NCBI RefSeq assembly: GCF_020745735.1
Contig: NC_083435.1
Location: 35,756,121 to 35,820,120, forward strand
Reading direction: 5' to 3'
Length of the DNA stretch: 64,000 bases
Source of the DNA: Hemiscyllium ocellatum
Taxonomy: Eukaryota
Shown here: piece by piece, positions 34,359 through 47,366 of the stretch
Numbering within the stretch: the stretch's first letter is position 1
Layout: each line of letters begins with the position of its first letter
Made by a program: the position numbers and the translations under genes
Notes under the pieces: model-generated
Seen by the model: only the letters and a program-made list of their open reading frames with translations
Told to the model about the DNA's origin: nothing
Database searches by the model: none

Positions 34359-37300
34359 TAGAACATAGAACATAGAACATAGAACATAGAACAATACAGC
34401 ACAGAACAGGCCCTTCGGCCCACGATGTTGTGCAGAACATCTATCCTAGATTAAGCACCCATCCATGTACCTATCCAATTGCCGCTTAAAAGTCGCCAAT
34501 GATCCTGACTCTACCACTCCCACGGGCAGCGCATTCCACACCCCCACCACTCTCTGGGTAAAGAACCCACCCCTGACATCTCCCCTATACCTTCCACCCT
34601 TCACCTTAAATTGATGACCCCTTGTAATACTCTGTTGTACGCGGGGAAAAAGTTTCTGACTGTCTACTCTATCTATTCCTCTGATCATCTTATAAACCTC
34701 TATCAAGTCACCCCTCATCCTTCGCCGTTCCAACGAGAAAAGGCCGAGAACTCTCAACCTGTCCTCGTACGTCCTATTCTCCATTCCAGGCAACATCCTG
34801 GTAAATCTTCTCTGCACCCTCTCCAAAGCTTCCACATCTTTCCTAAAGTGAGGCGACCAGAACTGCACACAGTACTCCAAATGTGGCCTAACCAAAGTCC
34901 TGTACAGCTGCAACATCACCTCACGACTCTTGAATTCAATCCCTCTGCTAATGAACGCTAATACACCATAGGCCTTCTTACAAGCTCTATCCACCTGAGT
35001 GGCAACTTTCAAAGATCTATGTACATAGACCCCAAGATCCCTCTGTTCCTCCACCTGACTAAGAACTCTACCGTTAACCCTGTATTCCGCATTCTTATTT
35101 GTTCTTCCAAAATGTACAACCTCACACTTGGCAGGGTTGAACTCCATCTGCCACTCCTCAGCCCAGCTCTGCATCATATCTAAGTCCCTTTGCAAACGAC
35201 AACAGCTCTTCTCAGTCCACAACTCCACCAATCTTCGTGTCATCTGCAAATTTATTGACCCACCCTTCGACTCCCTCATCCAAGTCATTAATAAAAATTA
35301 CAAACAACAGAGGACCCAGAACTGATCCCTGCGGAACTCCACTTGTAACTGGGCTCCAGGCTGAATATTTACCATCTACCACCACTCTCTGACTTCGACC
35401 GGTTAGCCAGTTTTCAATCCAATTGGCCAAGTTTCCCTCTATCCCATGCCTCCTGACTTTCAGCATAAGCCTACCATGGGGAACCTTATCAAATGCCTTA
35501 CTAAAATCCATGTACACTACATCCACTGCTCTACCCTCATCCACATGCTTGGTCACCTCCTCAAAGAATTCAATAAGACTTGTAAGGCAAGACCTACCCT
35601 TCACAAATCCGTGCTAGCTGTCCCTAATCAAGCAGTGTCTTTCCAGATATTCATAAATCCTATCCCTCAGTACCCTTTCCATTACTTTGCCTACCACAGA
35701 AGTAAGACTAACTGGCGTGTAATTCCCGGGGTTATCCCTATTCCCTTTTTTGAACAAGGGCATAACATTCGTTACTCTCCAATCCCCTGGTACCACCCCT
35801 GTTGACAGTGAAGACGAAAAGATCATTGCCAACGGTACTGCAATTTCCTCTCTTGCTTCCCACATAATCCTAGGATATATCCCGTCAGGTCCGGGGGACT
35901 TGTCTATCCTCAAGTTGTTCAAAATGTCCAACACATCTTCCTTCCTAACAAGTATCTCTTCTAGCTTACCAGTCCGTTTCACACTCTCCTCTTCAACAAT
36001 ACGATCCGTCTCGTTCGTAAATACTGAAGAAAAGTACTCATTCAAGACCTCTCCTATCTCTTCCGACTCAATACACAATCTCCCACTACTGTCCTTGATC
36101 GGGCCTACCCTCGTTCTCGTCATTCTCATGTTTCTCACATACGCATAAAAAGCCTTGGGGTTTTCCTTGATCCTATCCGCCAAGGATTTTTCATGCCCTC
36201 TCTTAGCTCTCCTGATCCCTTTCTTCAGGTCCCTTCTGGCTATCCTATATCCCTCCACTGCTCTGTCTGAACCCTGTTTCCTCAACCTTATGTAAGCCTC
36301 CTTCTTCCTCTTTACTAGACATTCAATCTCCCTCGTCAACCAAGGCTCCCTCACATGACCATTTCTTTCCTGCCTGAGAGGTGCATACTTATCAAGGATG
36401 CGTCGTATCTGCTCCTTGAAAAAGTTCCACATTTCCACCACATCCTTCCCTGACAGCCTATGCTCCCAACTTATGCTCCTCAAATCCTGTCTTACAGCAT
36501 CGTAATTTCCCTTCCCCCAATTGTAAAATCTACCCTGCTGTGCGCACCTATCTCTCTCCATAACCAAGGTGAAAGTCACAGAATTGTGGTCACCATCACC
36601 AAAATGTTCACCCACTAACAAGCCCATCACTTGTCCCGGTTCATTTTTTTTTAGATTAGACTTACAGTGTGGAAACAGGCCCTTCGGCCCAACAAGTCCA
36701 CACCGACCCGCCGAAGCGCAACCCACCCATACCCCTACATCCACCCCTAACACTACAGGCAATTTAGCTTGGCCAATTCACCTGACCCGCACATCTTTGT
36801 GACTGTGGGAGGAAACCGGAGCACCCGGAGGAAACCCACGCAGACACGGGAGAACGTGCAAACTCCACACAGTCAGCCGCCCGAGTCGGGAATTGAACCC
36901 GGGTCTACAGGCGCTGTGAGGCAGCAGTGCTAACCACTGTGCCACCGTTACCGAGTACCAAATCCAATATGGCCTCCCCTCTGGTTGGACAATCTACATA
37001 CTGTGTTAGAAAAGCTTCCTGGACACACTGCACAAACACCACCCCATCCAATCTACTTGATCTAAAGAGCTTCCAATCAATATTTGGGAAGTTGAAGTCG
37101 CCCATGACTACGACCCTGTGGCTTCTGCACCTTTCCAAAATCTGTTTCCCAATCTGTTTCTCCACATCTCTGCTGCTATTGGGGGGCCTATAGTAAACAC
37201 CCAACAAGGTGACTGCACCTTTCCTATTTCTGACTTCAGCCCATACTACCTCCAACGGCAGATCCCCCTCAAACTTCCTTTCTGCAGCCATTATACCATT

Positions 37301-38660
37301 TCTAATTAGCAATGCCACCCCCCCTCCTTTTTTGCCACCCTCCCTAATCTTACTGAAACATCTGTAACCAGGAACCTCCAACAACCATTCCTGTCCCTCT
37401 TCTATCCACGTTTCCGTGATGGCCACGACATCATAGTCCCAGGTACTGATCCATGCCTTAAGTTCCCCCACCTTATTTCTGATACTTCTTGCGTTGAAGT
37501 ATACGCACTTCAGCCCATCTCTATGTCTGCAAGTATTCCCTGTCAGTGCTACCTTCTCCACAGCCTCCCTACATTCTTGGACATCCTGAAAAACAGCTAG
37601 CCTACTTGCTGGACTACAAGTCCGGATCCCATCCCCCTGCCAAATTAGTTTAAACCCCCCCGAAGAGTGCTAGCAAACCTACCCCCCAGGATATTGGTGC
37701 CCTTCTGGTTCAGGTGCAACCCGTCCTGTTTGTACAGGTCCCACCTTCCCCAGAATGCAGTCCAATTATCCAAATACCTAAAGCCCTCCCTCCTACACCA
37801 TCTTTGCAGCCACGTGTTCAACTGCACTCTCTCCCTATTCCATGCCTCACTGTCACGTGGCACCGGCAACAACCCAGAGATGACGACTCTGTCTGTCCTA
37901 GCTTTTAGCTTCCAGCCTAACTCCCTGAGTTCTTGAATGACCTCCCCACCCCTCTTCCTACCTATGTCGTTGGTGCCAATGTGTACCATGACTTCTGGCT
38001 GCACACCCTCCCCCTTAAGGATTCTGAAGACACGGTCCGAGACGTCTCAGACCCTGGCACCCGGGAGGCAACAAACCATCCGAGAGTCTCGCCCATGTCC
38101 ACAGAACTGCCTGTCCGTCCCTCTAACTAGAGAGTCTCCTATAACTAACGCTCTCCTCCTCTCCCCCTTTCCCTTCTTAGTCTCAGAACTAGACCTCATG
38201 CCACAGACCCCTTCACTGCAGCTTACACCTGCAAGGCTGTCCCCCCCAACAGTTTCCAAAGCTGTATACCTATTTTTAAGGGGAACGACCACAGGGGAAC
38301 CCTGCACTGCCTGCTTCTTCCCCTTCCCACCTCTAACTGTCACCCAACTACCTCTGTTCTCCGGCATAACTATGTCCCTGTAGCTTCTGTCAATCACCCT
38401 CTCAGCCTCTCGAATAATCCTCAGTTTGTCCAACTCCAGTTCCAGTTCCCTAACTCGTTCGGTGAGGAGCAGGATCTGTCTGCATTTCATGCAGGTGAAG
38501 TCGGCAGGAGTATCGGTGGTCACCCCCACTTCAAACATCCTGCATGAAGAACATTCCACTGCCTGCGCTGCCATGACTCTACACTTTGTCTCTAAAACAA
38601 GAACACTGAGTCAATAACACTGAAAAAAGTTAGGTTAGAGGAGGAGGATGGAAGGGAGGC
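34359..38660 (-). mobile_element. Near full-length CR1 LINE (ORF1 zinc finger/esterase; ORF2 APE-RT), disabled
   Basis: (ATAGAAC)n tail at 34359-34392. ORF1 shows CSSC..CMKC, a zipper, GDSLVRG and VHIGTND. ORF2 is broken by an HE1 insertion, a TAG near 35614 and a frameshift near 35212. Confidence 0.93.
36645..36947 (-). mobile_element. HE1-type SINE inserted in CR1 ORF2
   Basis: Interrupts ...LDLVLGN / EPGQV... Confidence 0.92.
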
Positions 38661-40205
38661 CCTACAGAGTCCTACCAACAAAGGAAGTTGAGAATTCCAT
38701 ATGGTTAAAAGAAAGGATCCATAATGTTATCAGGAATATCAGGAATTCTTGGGAAGTTCACAGAATACAAAGGAGGACTAAGAAAGGGGGTATGGGGAAT
38801 AGAATATGAGAGGTATGTCGCAAAAACACAGTACTGTAATTGCTTTTATAGGTGCGTAAAAGGAAAGCATTTAATTAAAATGTCACGAAGTCAACTAAAA
38901 GGACTGTCTGAATAATTTATATTGGGGAATGCAGAAATGACAGAGAAGGTAAATGATTACTTTGTGCTCATATTTAATGAATATAGATCTGAATGATCGG
39001 GGAGAATGAAGAGCTGAAGGGGATTTGATTTGATCAGATAAAGCTGCTGAAATTATGGAGGCTTTACATCTCAGGTTGACACTGTTGAGTGAGATGTTTG
39101 CAGGAATATTTGATGATTTCCATGGATTGGAAAGTGGTAAATGCAATCCAATAAGACAAAAAAAGTTGCAAGAGAGAACACAGGGAACAACAAACCCTTT
39201 TGCCTCACATTAGGGTGAAAGTAAATGTGAGAATCTATTATAAATTATGGATTAATTGGGTACCTGACTGATAATACTCTGATTGGGTATCATCAGCATG
39301 GATCTGTGAATAAAGATCTTATTTGACACACAGAGACATGTACACAGACACACACATACACACATGGCCATGTACTGACACAATGTCAGATACATACACA
39401 CAAATAAAGGGTTAGAGGCATAAAAGGCTCCAGAATTACCAATGTGGGTCTTGTTGGTTGTGAATTGTAATCTTGAATTCGTGTTTCAATTGATTCTTGG
39501 CTTTTTGTCTAAGATTAAGTGTAAGTTCTGAGTTGAGAATCATCACAGGGTCTCAAGAGCATGACTGGATCGTGATTGAACTTTGGGAGATCATCATTTG
39601 AGCTGAGGTGCAATTGGTGTACCTTTATGCTGGCTTCAGCCGAACACCAGTTCAATGTCCAGTCAATCAGAGAAAGCCCCCAAACTCCAGGCCAGTGGAG
39701 TAGCTGCAATACATTCGAGGGTAACTGTGAAGAAGATGGGGGAAGGTATGCTGGTCGACTGGAAGGTTTTTGTGAAGAGAATCCATCCGGATTGCTCTGG
39801 GTTTCATACAGTAGATATTTTCTCCATGAATGATTTTCCCAGTGAGGGATACTTCGACATGACCCCTGGGAGTATGTCATAATGTCAATCTCTCCCAACA
39901 ATATTTGAAGAAAAGGTAGGTGAGGTCTCCTCTCCATTCAGTCTGTCTGTCTGTTTGTCCTCCCTGCACTGGTTACATCTGACACACATAACCCCCATGT
40001 CCCAGCAGCGGTAGCCCTGCAACACTGATATGGTAGACCCCTTGAGAATGTGGACTAACAAATGCTGGCAAGGTGACCCTGAAGGTCGATGTCAGTGGGG
40101 CCATACAGCACAGAAACTAAACCTTCAGACTAACCCGTCCATGCTGGCTAAGTGTCCCCAACTAAATTAGTCTCATTTTGCTGTGTTTGGCCCAAATCTC
40201 TCAAA

Positions 40206-42031
40206 GGAGAAAGTGAGGACTGCAGATGCTGGAGATCAGAGCTGAAAATGTGTTGCTGGAAAAGCACAGCCGGTCAGGCAGCATCCTAGGAGCAGGAGAA
40301 TCGACGTTTCGGGCATGAGCCCTTCTTCAGGAATGAGGAGAGTGTGCCAAGCAGGCTAAGATAAAAGATAGGGAGGAGAGACTTGGGGGAGGGGCATTGG
40401 AAGTGTGATAGGTGGAAGGAGGTTAAGGTGAGGGCGATAGGCCAGAGTGGGGTGGGGGTGGAGAGGTCAGGAAGAAAATTGCCGGTTAGGAAAGTGGTGC
40501 TGAGTTTGAGGGTTGGGACTCAACCCTCCCACTTCCTCCAAACCAAAGGAGTAGCCATGGGCACCCGCATGGGCCCCAGCTATGCCTGCCTCTTCGTAGG
40601 ATATGTGGAACAGTCCATCTTCCACAGCTACACTGGCACAACCCCCCAACTTTTCCTCCACTACATCGATGACTGTATCGGTGCTGCCTCGTGCTCTCAC
40701 GAGGAGATTGAACAGTTCATCCACTTTACCAACACCTTCCACCCCGACCTCAAATTTACCTGGACCATCTCAGACTCCTCCCTCCCCTTCCTAGACCTCT
40801 CCATTTGTATCTCGGACGACCGAATTAACACGGAAATTTACTATAAACTGACCGACTCCCACAGCTACCTAGACTACACCTCCTCCCACCCTGCCCCCTG
40901 TAAAAATGCCATCCCATTTCCCAATTCCTTCGTCTCCGCCGCATCTGCTCCCAGGAGGACCAGTTCCAATACTGAACAACCCAGGTGGCCTCCTTCTTCA
41001 AAGACTGCAATTTTACCCCAGACGTGATCGACGATGCTATCCACCGCATCTCTTCCACTTCCCGTTCATCCGCCCTTGAGCCCTGCCCCTCCAATCGCCA
41101 CCAGGACAGAACCCCACTGGTCCTCACCTACCACCCCACCAATCTCCATATACAACGTATCATCCGTCGTAATCTCCGCCACCTCCAAACGGACCCCACC
41201 ACCAGGGATATATTTCCCTCCACTCCCCTATCAGTGTTCTGAAAAGACCACTCCCTCCGTGACTCCCTCGTCAGGTCCACACCCCCCCACCAACCCAATC
41301 TCCACTCCCGGTACCTTCCCCTGCAACCGCAAGAAATGCAAAACTTGCGCCCACACCTCCCTCTTACTTCCCTCCAAGGCCCCAAGGGATCCTTCCATAT
41401 CCGCCACAAATTCACCTGCACCTCCACACACATCATTTACTGCATCCACTGCACCCGATGTGGCCTCCTCTATATTGGGGAGACAGGCCGCCTACTTGTG
41501 GAATGTTTCAGAGAACACCTCTGGGACACCCGGACCAACCAACCCAACCACCCCGTGGCTCAACACTTCAACTCCCCCTCTCACTCCACCAAGGACATGC
41601 AGGTCCTTGGACTCCTCCATCGCCAGACCATAGCAACATGACGGCTGGAGGAAGAGCGCCTCATCTTCTGCCTAGGAACCCTCCAACCACAAGGGATGAA
41701 CTCAGATTTCTCCAGTTTCCTCATTTCCCCTCCCTCCACCTTGTCTTAGTCCCATCCCTCGAACTCAGCACCGCCTTCCGAACCTGCAATCTTCTTCCTG
41801 ACCACTCCGCTCCCACCCCCACTCCGGCCTATCACCCTCACCTTGACCACCTTCCACCTATCGCATTTCCAACGCCCATTCCATTCCCCAAGTCCCTCCT
41901 CCCTACCTTTTATCTTAGCCTGCTTGGCACACTCTCCTCATTCCTGAAGAAGGGCTCATGCCCGAAATGTTGATTCTCCTGCTCCTTGGATGCTGTCTGA
42001 CCTGCTGCGCTTTTCCAGCAACACATTTTCA
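40206..42031 (+). mobile_element. Penelope-like element (RT C-terminus and GIY-YIG) with inverted terminal copy and 16-bp TSD
   Basis: GVAMGTRMGPSYA, YIDDCIG, LPFLDL, CTRCGLLYIGETGR. About 40225-40515 is the reverse complement of 41750-42031. TSD GCCCA(A/T)ATCTCTCAAA at 40190-40205 and 42032-42047. Confidence 0.92.
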
Positions 42032-43883
42032 GCCCATATCTCTCAAAACCTTTCCTACTTATGTATCTGTTGAAATGTGTTTTTAAATGTTGTGACTGTA
42101 TCAATATTGACATCATCCTCTGGCAGTTAATTCCAAACGTGCCCTTCAGGTCCCTTTTAAATCTTTCTCCTCCCACCTTAAAATGATGCCCTTTAGTTTT
42201 AAACTCCCCAAAGACCTTCCTCCTCTCACATTTTGTGAAAGAGCTTTCGGATTGAAAGAGCGGTTCCCAAGAGGCAGGACGGGGTGCACCAAGGTGTAGG
42301 GCCATTAGGCACAGTTAAGGAAGAGATCATCAGGTCACTTTATGTCAGAGAAGTTAAAGCCTGTGAACATTGGATTGTATTCACAGGGAGTTCCCAAGAC
42401 ATTTACAACGAGAGTACCCCATAAACTCAACTGAAATCTGTACGAAAACAAGGAGTTATCCAAAAGCATCACAGGTTCAAAACTCTCAAACCTACTTCAT
42501 TGGAAAGTTGAATAAGTGAGTTTCTTTATAAAAAGATGTCGTGGAAAGATGTTGTCGTTTGTTCTCAAAACATAGATAAACATTTTGGAAGATATCCAGT
42601 TTGAACTCAGAATTTGGAATGAGAAATGTTTTATCTGTTATTGGGGCAGCCCTTGGTCAGAGGTGGCACATTATGGTTCCCATTGGCATTAATATAACTG
42701 CAGTAAGGGTATTCGCCTGTCTGATGCTGCATTAAAGTGAGGTCACATGTTCGCACAATGGTAGCTTTGAGAAGGAGTTATCCCAAGGTAACAGGGTCCC
42801 CTTTGAACAAAGAATCTTACCAATTAATATACAGGGAGTTCTGTAAAAACAATGTCTGTAAGAGACAGTTTGGTAAGAGATTTATGAAAACAGACAGCTT
42901 GATGTTTGTAGCAAGCATAAAAAATAAAAATAGGATCCCACAATAACAGGGATAAACGGTGGGATTATTCCTGATGAAGAAATTATGCTCGAAATGTCGA
43001 CTCTCCAGCTCCTCAGATGCTGCCTGACTGGCTGTGCTTTTCCTGCACCACCCTCTTCGACTCTGATCTCCAACAACTGCAGTCCTCACTTTCTCCTAAG
43101 GTTGGGATTATGTCTCATAAAAACGTAACAGATCTGGCAAGTTGATTGAGCGGTGAAAGTGATTGAGTTTTAGTCTTATTAATGAAAAAGGTATTGTCTT
43201 ATTAGGTAAATGTTAGTCAGAGTAGGGGCAGTATATTTCATGTGACTAGAATGAGTTATAATGCAGCTGCAAGATAGAGGGGAGTGTCTAACTGTGCATT
43301 CAAGGTCAGGTGGGACAGGATCTGCTCACAACTTATGAGCTAAAGAATGCCAACAGTAAGTGTGAAAATAAAACTTTACATACAACTAACTTTAGAGTCG
43401 AAATACTATTATGAATCTTGCAAATAATTAGCAAGAACTAAGCTCCTTTTGTATCTCCCATGGCTTGGACAATGGGAAATATAAGATGAGCAACAGAATT
43501 TGATAGGGATTGCATTGAATACAATGGATAACAGAATTGAGCAGCCCTTCAAGATAAGCAAGTCTGGGAAACATTTAAAAGAGAACATAAACACTAACTT
43601 TCAAATGTAGATGAATGGTCTGATGATAGTGATGTCCGGTCAGCATCATGATTAATTGATGCGTTATCATGTGCCCTGAAGTATAGTGAAAAGCTTTGCT
43701 TACGAGCTGTACAGGCACATCATAGTAAGCAAGGACGTACAGATCACAGAGACCTAGCCAGAGGCACCCAGGTTATGGGGAACCAAGAGCTGTTCATAGG
43801 GATGTCAATCATTGATTAGGTGTGTTCACAAGGCTGGATGGATAAATGAAGGGGGAAGGAACAATGACAATGTTCCATGTAAT

Positions 43884-44179
43884 TAGATTAGATTCCCTAC
43901 AGTATGGAAACAGGCCCTTCAGCCCAACAACCCACTGAGGAGTAACCCACCCAGACCCATCCCCCTACATTTACCTCTGACTAATACACTTAACTTACAC
44001 ATCCCTGAACACTGTGGGTCAATTCACCTAACCTGCACATTTTTGGACTGTGGGAGGAAACCGGAGCACTCGGAGGAAACCCATGCAGACACAGAGAGAA
44101 TGTACAAACTCCACACAGACAGTTGCCTGGGGCTGGAATTGAACCCGGATCTCTGGTAGCGTGAGGCAGAAGTGCCACC
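43884..44179 (-). mobile_element. HE1-type SINE at the 3' break of the ERV remnant
   Basis: SINE core and TAATC tail on the minus strand. Confidence 0.85.
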
Positions 44180-44636
44180 ATAATCTCTCGCATCATCATT
44201 TTATTCAACATTTCCCTCCCATCAGGTAACATCCAGCGCCCATCTGCTGTCTTTGCAGCTGCTAAATCTTTTAGTTCCTTTTCCTCCTTTGCAGTAAACA
44301 ACGGGGCTCCCTGAAGATCTGGAATTGTAGGTATTAGGGAGTATATCACTGCTCCTTCTGGATTCAGGGTCGCTTCTTCAACTACCTCATCGGCCAGTCT
44401 ATTTCCCCTTACTTCTGGGTCATTCCCCTTCTGATGTCTGGGTATATGAACTACCGCTATTTCTCTCGGGAGTAACAGGGATTCCAGCACTTGTTTTTAT
44501 CAATTCCTCACGTGCTAGTTCCTTTCCTCTGCCATTTATCAGTCCTCTTCCTTGCCAAATCTTTGCGAAGGTATGTACCACTCCAACCGCATATTTGGAC
44601 TCTGTGTACACTGTTCCTTCCTTGACTTCTAAGGTT

Positions 44637-47366
44637 AGAACATAAACATAGAACATAGAACAGTCCAGCACAGAACAGGCCCTTCAGCCCACGATGTTGT
44701 GCTGACCACTGATCCTCATGTATGCACCCTCAGATTTCTGTGACCATATGCATGTCCAGCAGTCTCTTAAATGTCCCCAATGACCTTGCTTCCACAACTG
44801 CTGCTGGCAACGCATCCCATGCTCTCACAACTCTCTGTGTAAAGAACCCGCCTCTGACATCCCCTCTATACTTTCCTCCAATCAGCTTTAAACTATGACC
44901 CCTCGTGTTAACAGCCTCTGCCCTGGAAAATAGTCTCTGGCTATCGACTCTATCTATGCCTCTCATTATCTTGTACACTTCAATTAGGTCCCCTCTCCAC
45001 CTCCTTTTCTCCAATGAAAAAGGTCCAAGCTCAGTCAATCTCTCTTCATAAGATAAGCCCTCCATTCCAAGCAGCGTCCTGGTAAACCTCCTCTGAACCC
45101 CTCTCAAAGCAACCACATCTTTCCTATAATAGGGCGACCAGAACTGGACGCAGTATTCCAAGTGCAGTCTAACCAAAGTTTTATAGAGCTGTAACAAGAT
45201 CTCACAACTCTTAAACTCAATCCCCCTGTTAATGAAAGCCAAAACACCATATGTTTTCTTAACAACCTTGTCCACTTGGGTGGCCATTTTAAGGGATCTA
45301 TGTACCTGCACACCAAGATCCCTCTGTTCCTCCACACTGCCAAGAATCCTATCCTTAATCCTGTACTCAGCTTTCAAATTCGACCTTCCAAAATGCATCA
45401 CCTCGCATTTATCCAGGTTGAACTCCATCTGCCATCTCCCAGCCCATCTCTGCATCCTGTCAATGTCCCGCTGCAGCCTACAACAGCCCTCCATCCTGTC
45501 AATGACACCTACAATCTTTGTGTCGTCTGCAAACTTGCTGACCCATCCTTCAATCCCCTCATCCAAGTCATTAATAAACATTACAAACAGTAGAGGCCCA
45601 AGGACAGAGCCCTGTGGAACACCACTCACCACAGACTTCCAGGCAGAATATTTACCTTTTACTACCACTCGCTGTCTTCTGTTGGCCAGCCAATTCTGTA
45701 TCCAGACAGCTAAGTTTCCCTGTATCCCATTCCTCCTGACCTTCTGAATGAGCCTACCATGGGGAACCTTATCAAATGCTTGCTGAAGTCCATATACACC
45801 ACATCCACAGCTCAACTCTCATCAACATTTCTAGTCACATCCTCAAAGAACTCAATAAGGTTTGTGAGGCATGACCTGCCCCTCACAAAGCTGTATTGAC
45901 TGCATTTAATCAAGCCATGCTCTTCCAGATGGTCATAAATCCTATCCCTCAGAATCCTTTCTAACACCTTGCAGATGACAGACGTGAGACTTACTGGTCT
46001 GTAATTGCTGGGGATTTCCCTATTTCCTTTCTTCCGGTCCTCAGGTACGACTCCAGTGGAGAGCGAGGATGCAAAGATCTTTGCAAGTGGTGAAGCAATC
46101 ACATTTCTCATTTCCCAAAGCAGCCGAGGACAAATCTGGTCTGGGCCTGGTGACTTGTCAATCTTAATGTTTGACAAAATTGTCAGCACCTCAGTTTCCT
46201 CTATCTCTATCCATTCCAGCATGCATATCTGCTCTTCAAAAGTTTCATTCACTACAAAGTTAATTTATTTCGTAAAGACAGAAGCAAAAAACTCATTTAG
46301 GGTTTCCCCTACCTCCTCAGACTCCACACACAAATTCCCTCTGCTATCCCTGATCAGCCCTACTCTTTCTTTGACCATTCTCTTATTCCTCACATAAGTG
46401 TAAAATGCCTTTGTGTTCTCCCTAATCCTTCCTGCCAAGCCTTTCTCGTACCCCCTCCTGGCTCTCCTCAGACCATTTTTGAGCTCCTTCCTCACCTGCC
46501 TGTAATCCTCTAGAGCTGAGCTTGACCTTAGCTTCCTCCACCTTATGTAAGCTACCTTCTTCCTTTTGATGAGAAGCTCCACCGCTCTCATCATCCAAGG
46601 TTCCTTTATCTTACCCCTTCTTGCCTGTCTCAGAGGGACATATTTATTCATCACTTGCAACAACTGTTCCTTAAACAGATTCTACATGTCTATAGTGCCT
46701 TTACCATGGAACAATTGCTCCCAATCCATGCTTCCTAACTCATGTCTAATCGCATCATAGTTTGCTCTTCCCCAATTAAATATCCTCCCATTTTGCCTAA
46801 TCTTCTCCTTCTCCATAGCTCTGTAGAATGTGAGGCAGTTGTGGTCACTATCATCAAAATGCTCTCCCACCACAAGATTTGATACCTGCCACGGCTCATT
46901 TCCGAGCACCAAGTCTAGAATGGCCTCTCCCCTCGTCGGCCTGTCAATGTACTGAGTTAGGAAACCCTCCTGAACATACCTTACAAAAACAGCTCCATTC
47001 AAATCTTCTGCTCGAAGGAGGTTCCAATCAATATTGGGAAAGTTAAAGTCACCCATTACAACAATCCTATTACGTCCACACTTTTCCAAAATCTGCCGAC
47101 CTATGTGTTCTTCCATCTCCCTGCTGCTATTGGGGGGCCTGTAGTAAACCCCTAACGAGGTGACTGCTCCCTTACTGTTCCTAATTTCCACCCATCCTGA
47201 CTCGGTCGGCAGATCTTCCTCGACAATGGAAGCTTCTGGAGCTGTGATACCCTCTCTGATTAGTAGTGCTACACCCCCTGCTCTTTCCCCCCTCCCTATT
47301 CTTGTTAAATGCTGTAAACCCTGGAACATCCAGCAACCATTCCTGCCCCTGAGAAACCCATGTCTC
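44637..47366 (-). mobile_element. 5'-truncated CR1 LINE inserted in ERV pol
   Basis: EN-linker-RT pieces 44730-47340 with frameshifts, and an (ATAGAAC)-type tail at 44637-44660. The flanks rejoin to ERV pol ALRTLEVKEG. Confidence 0.92.

Noticed and set aside
39500-40090. Overlapping 75-140 aa ORFs between repeats
   Set aside because: No recognisable domain in any frame; probably old repeat debris.
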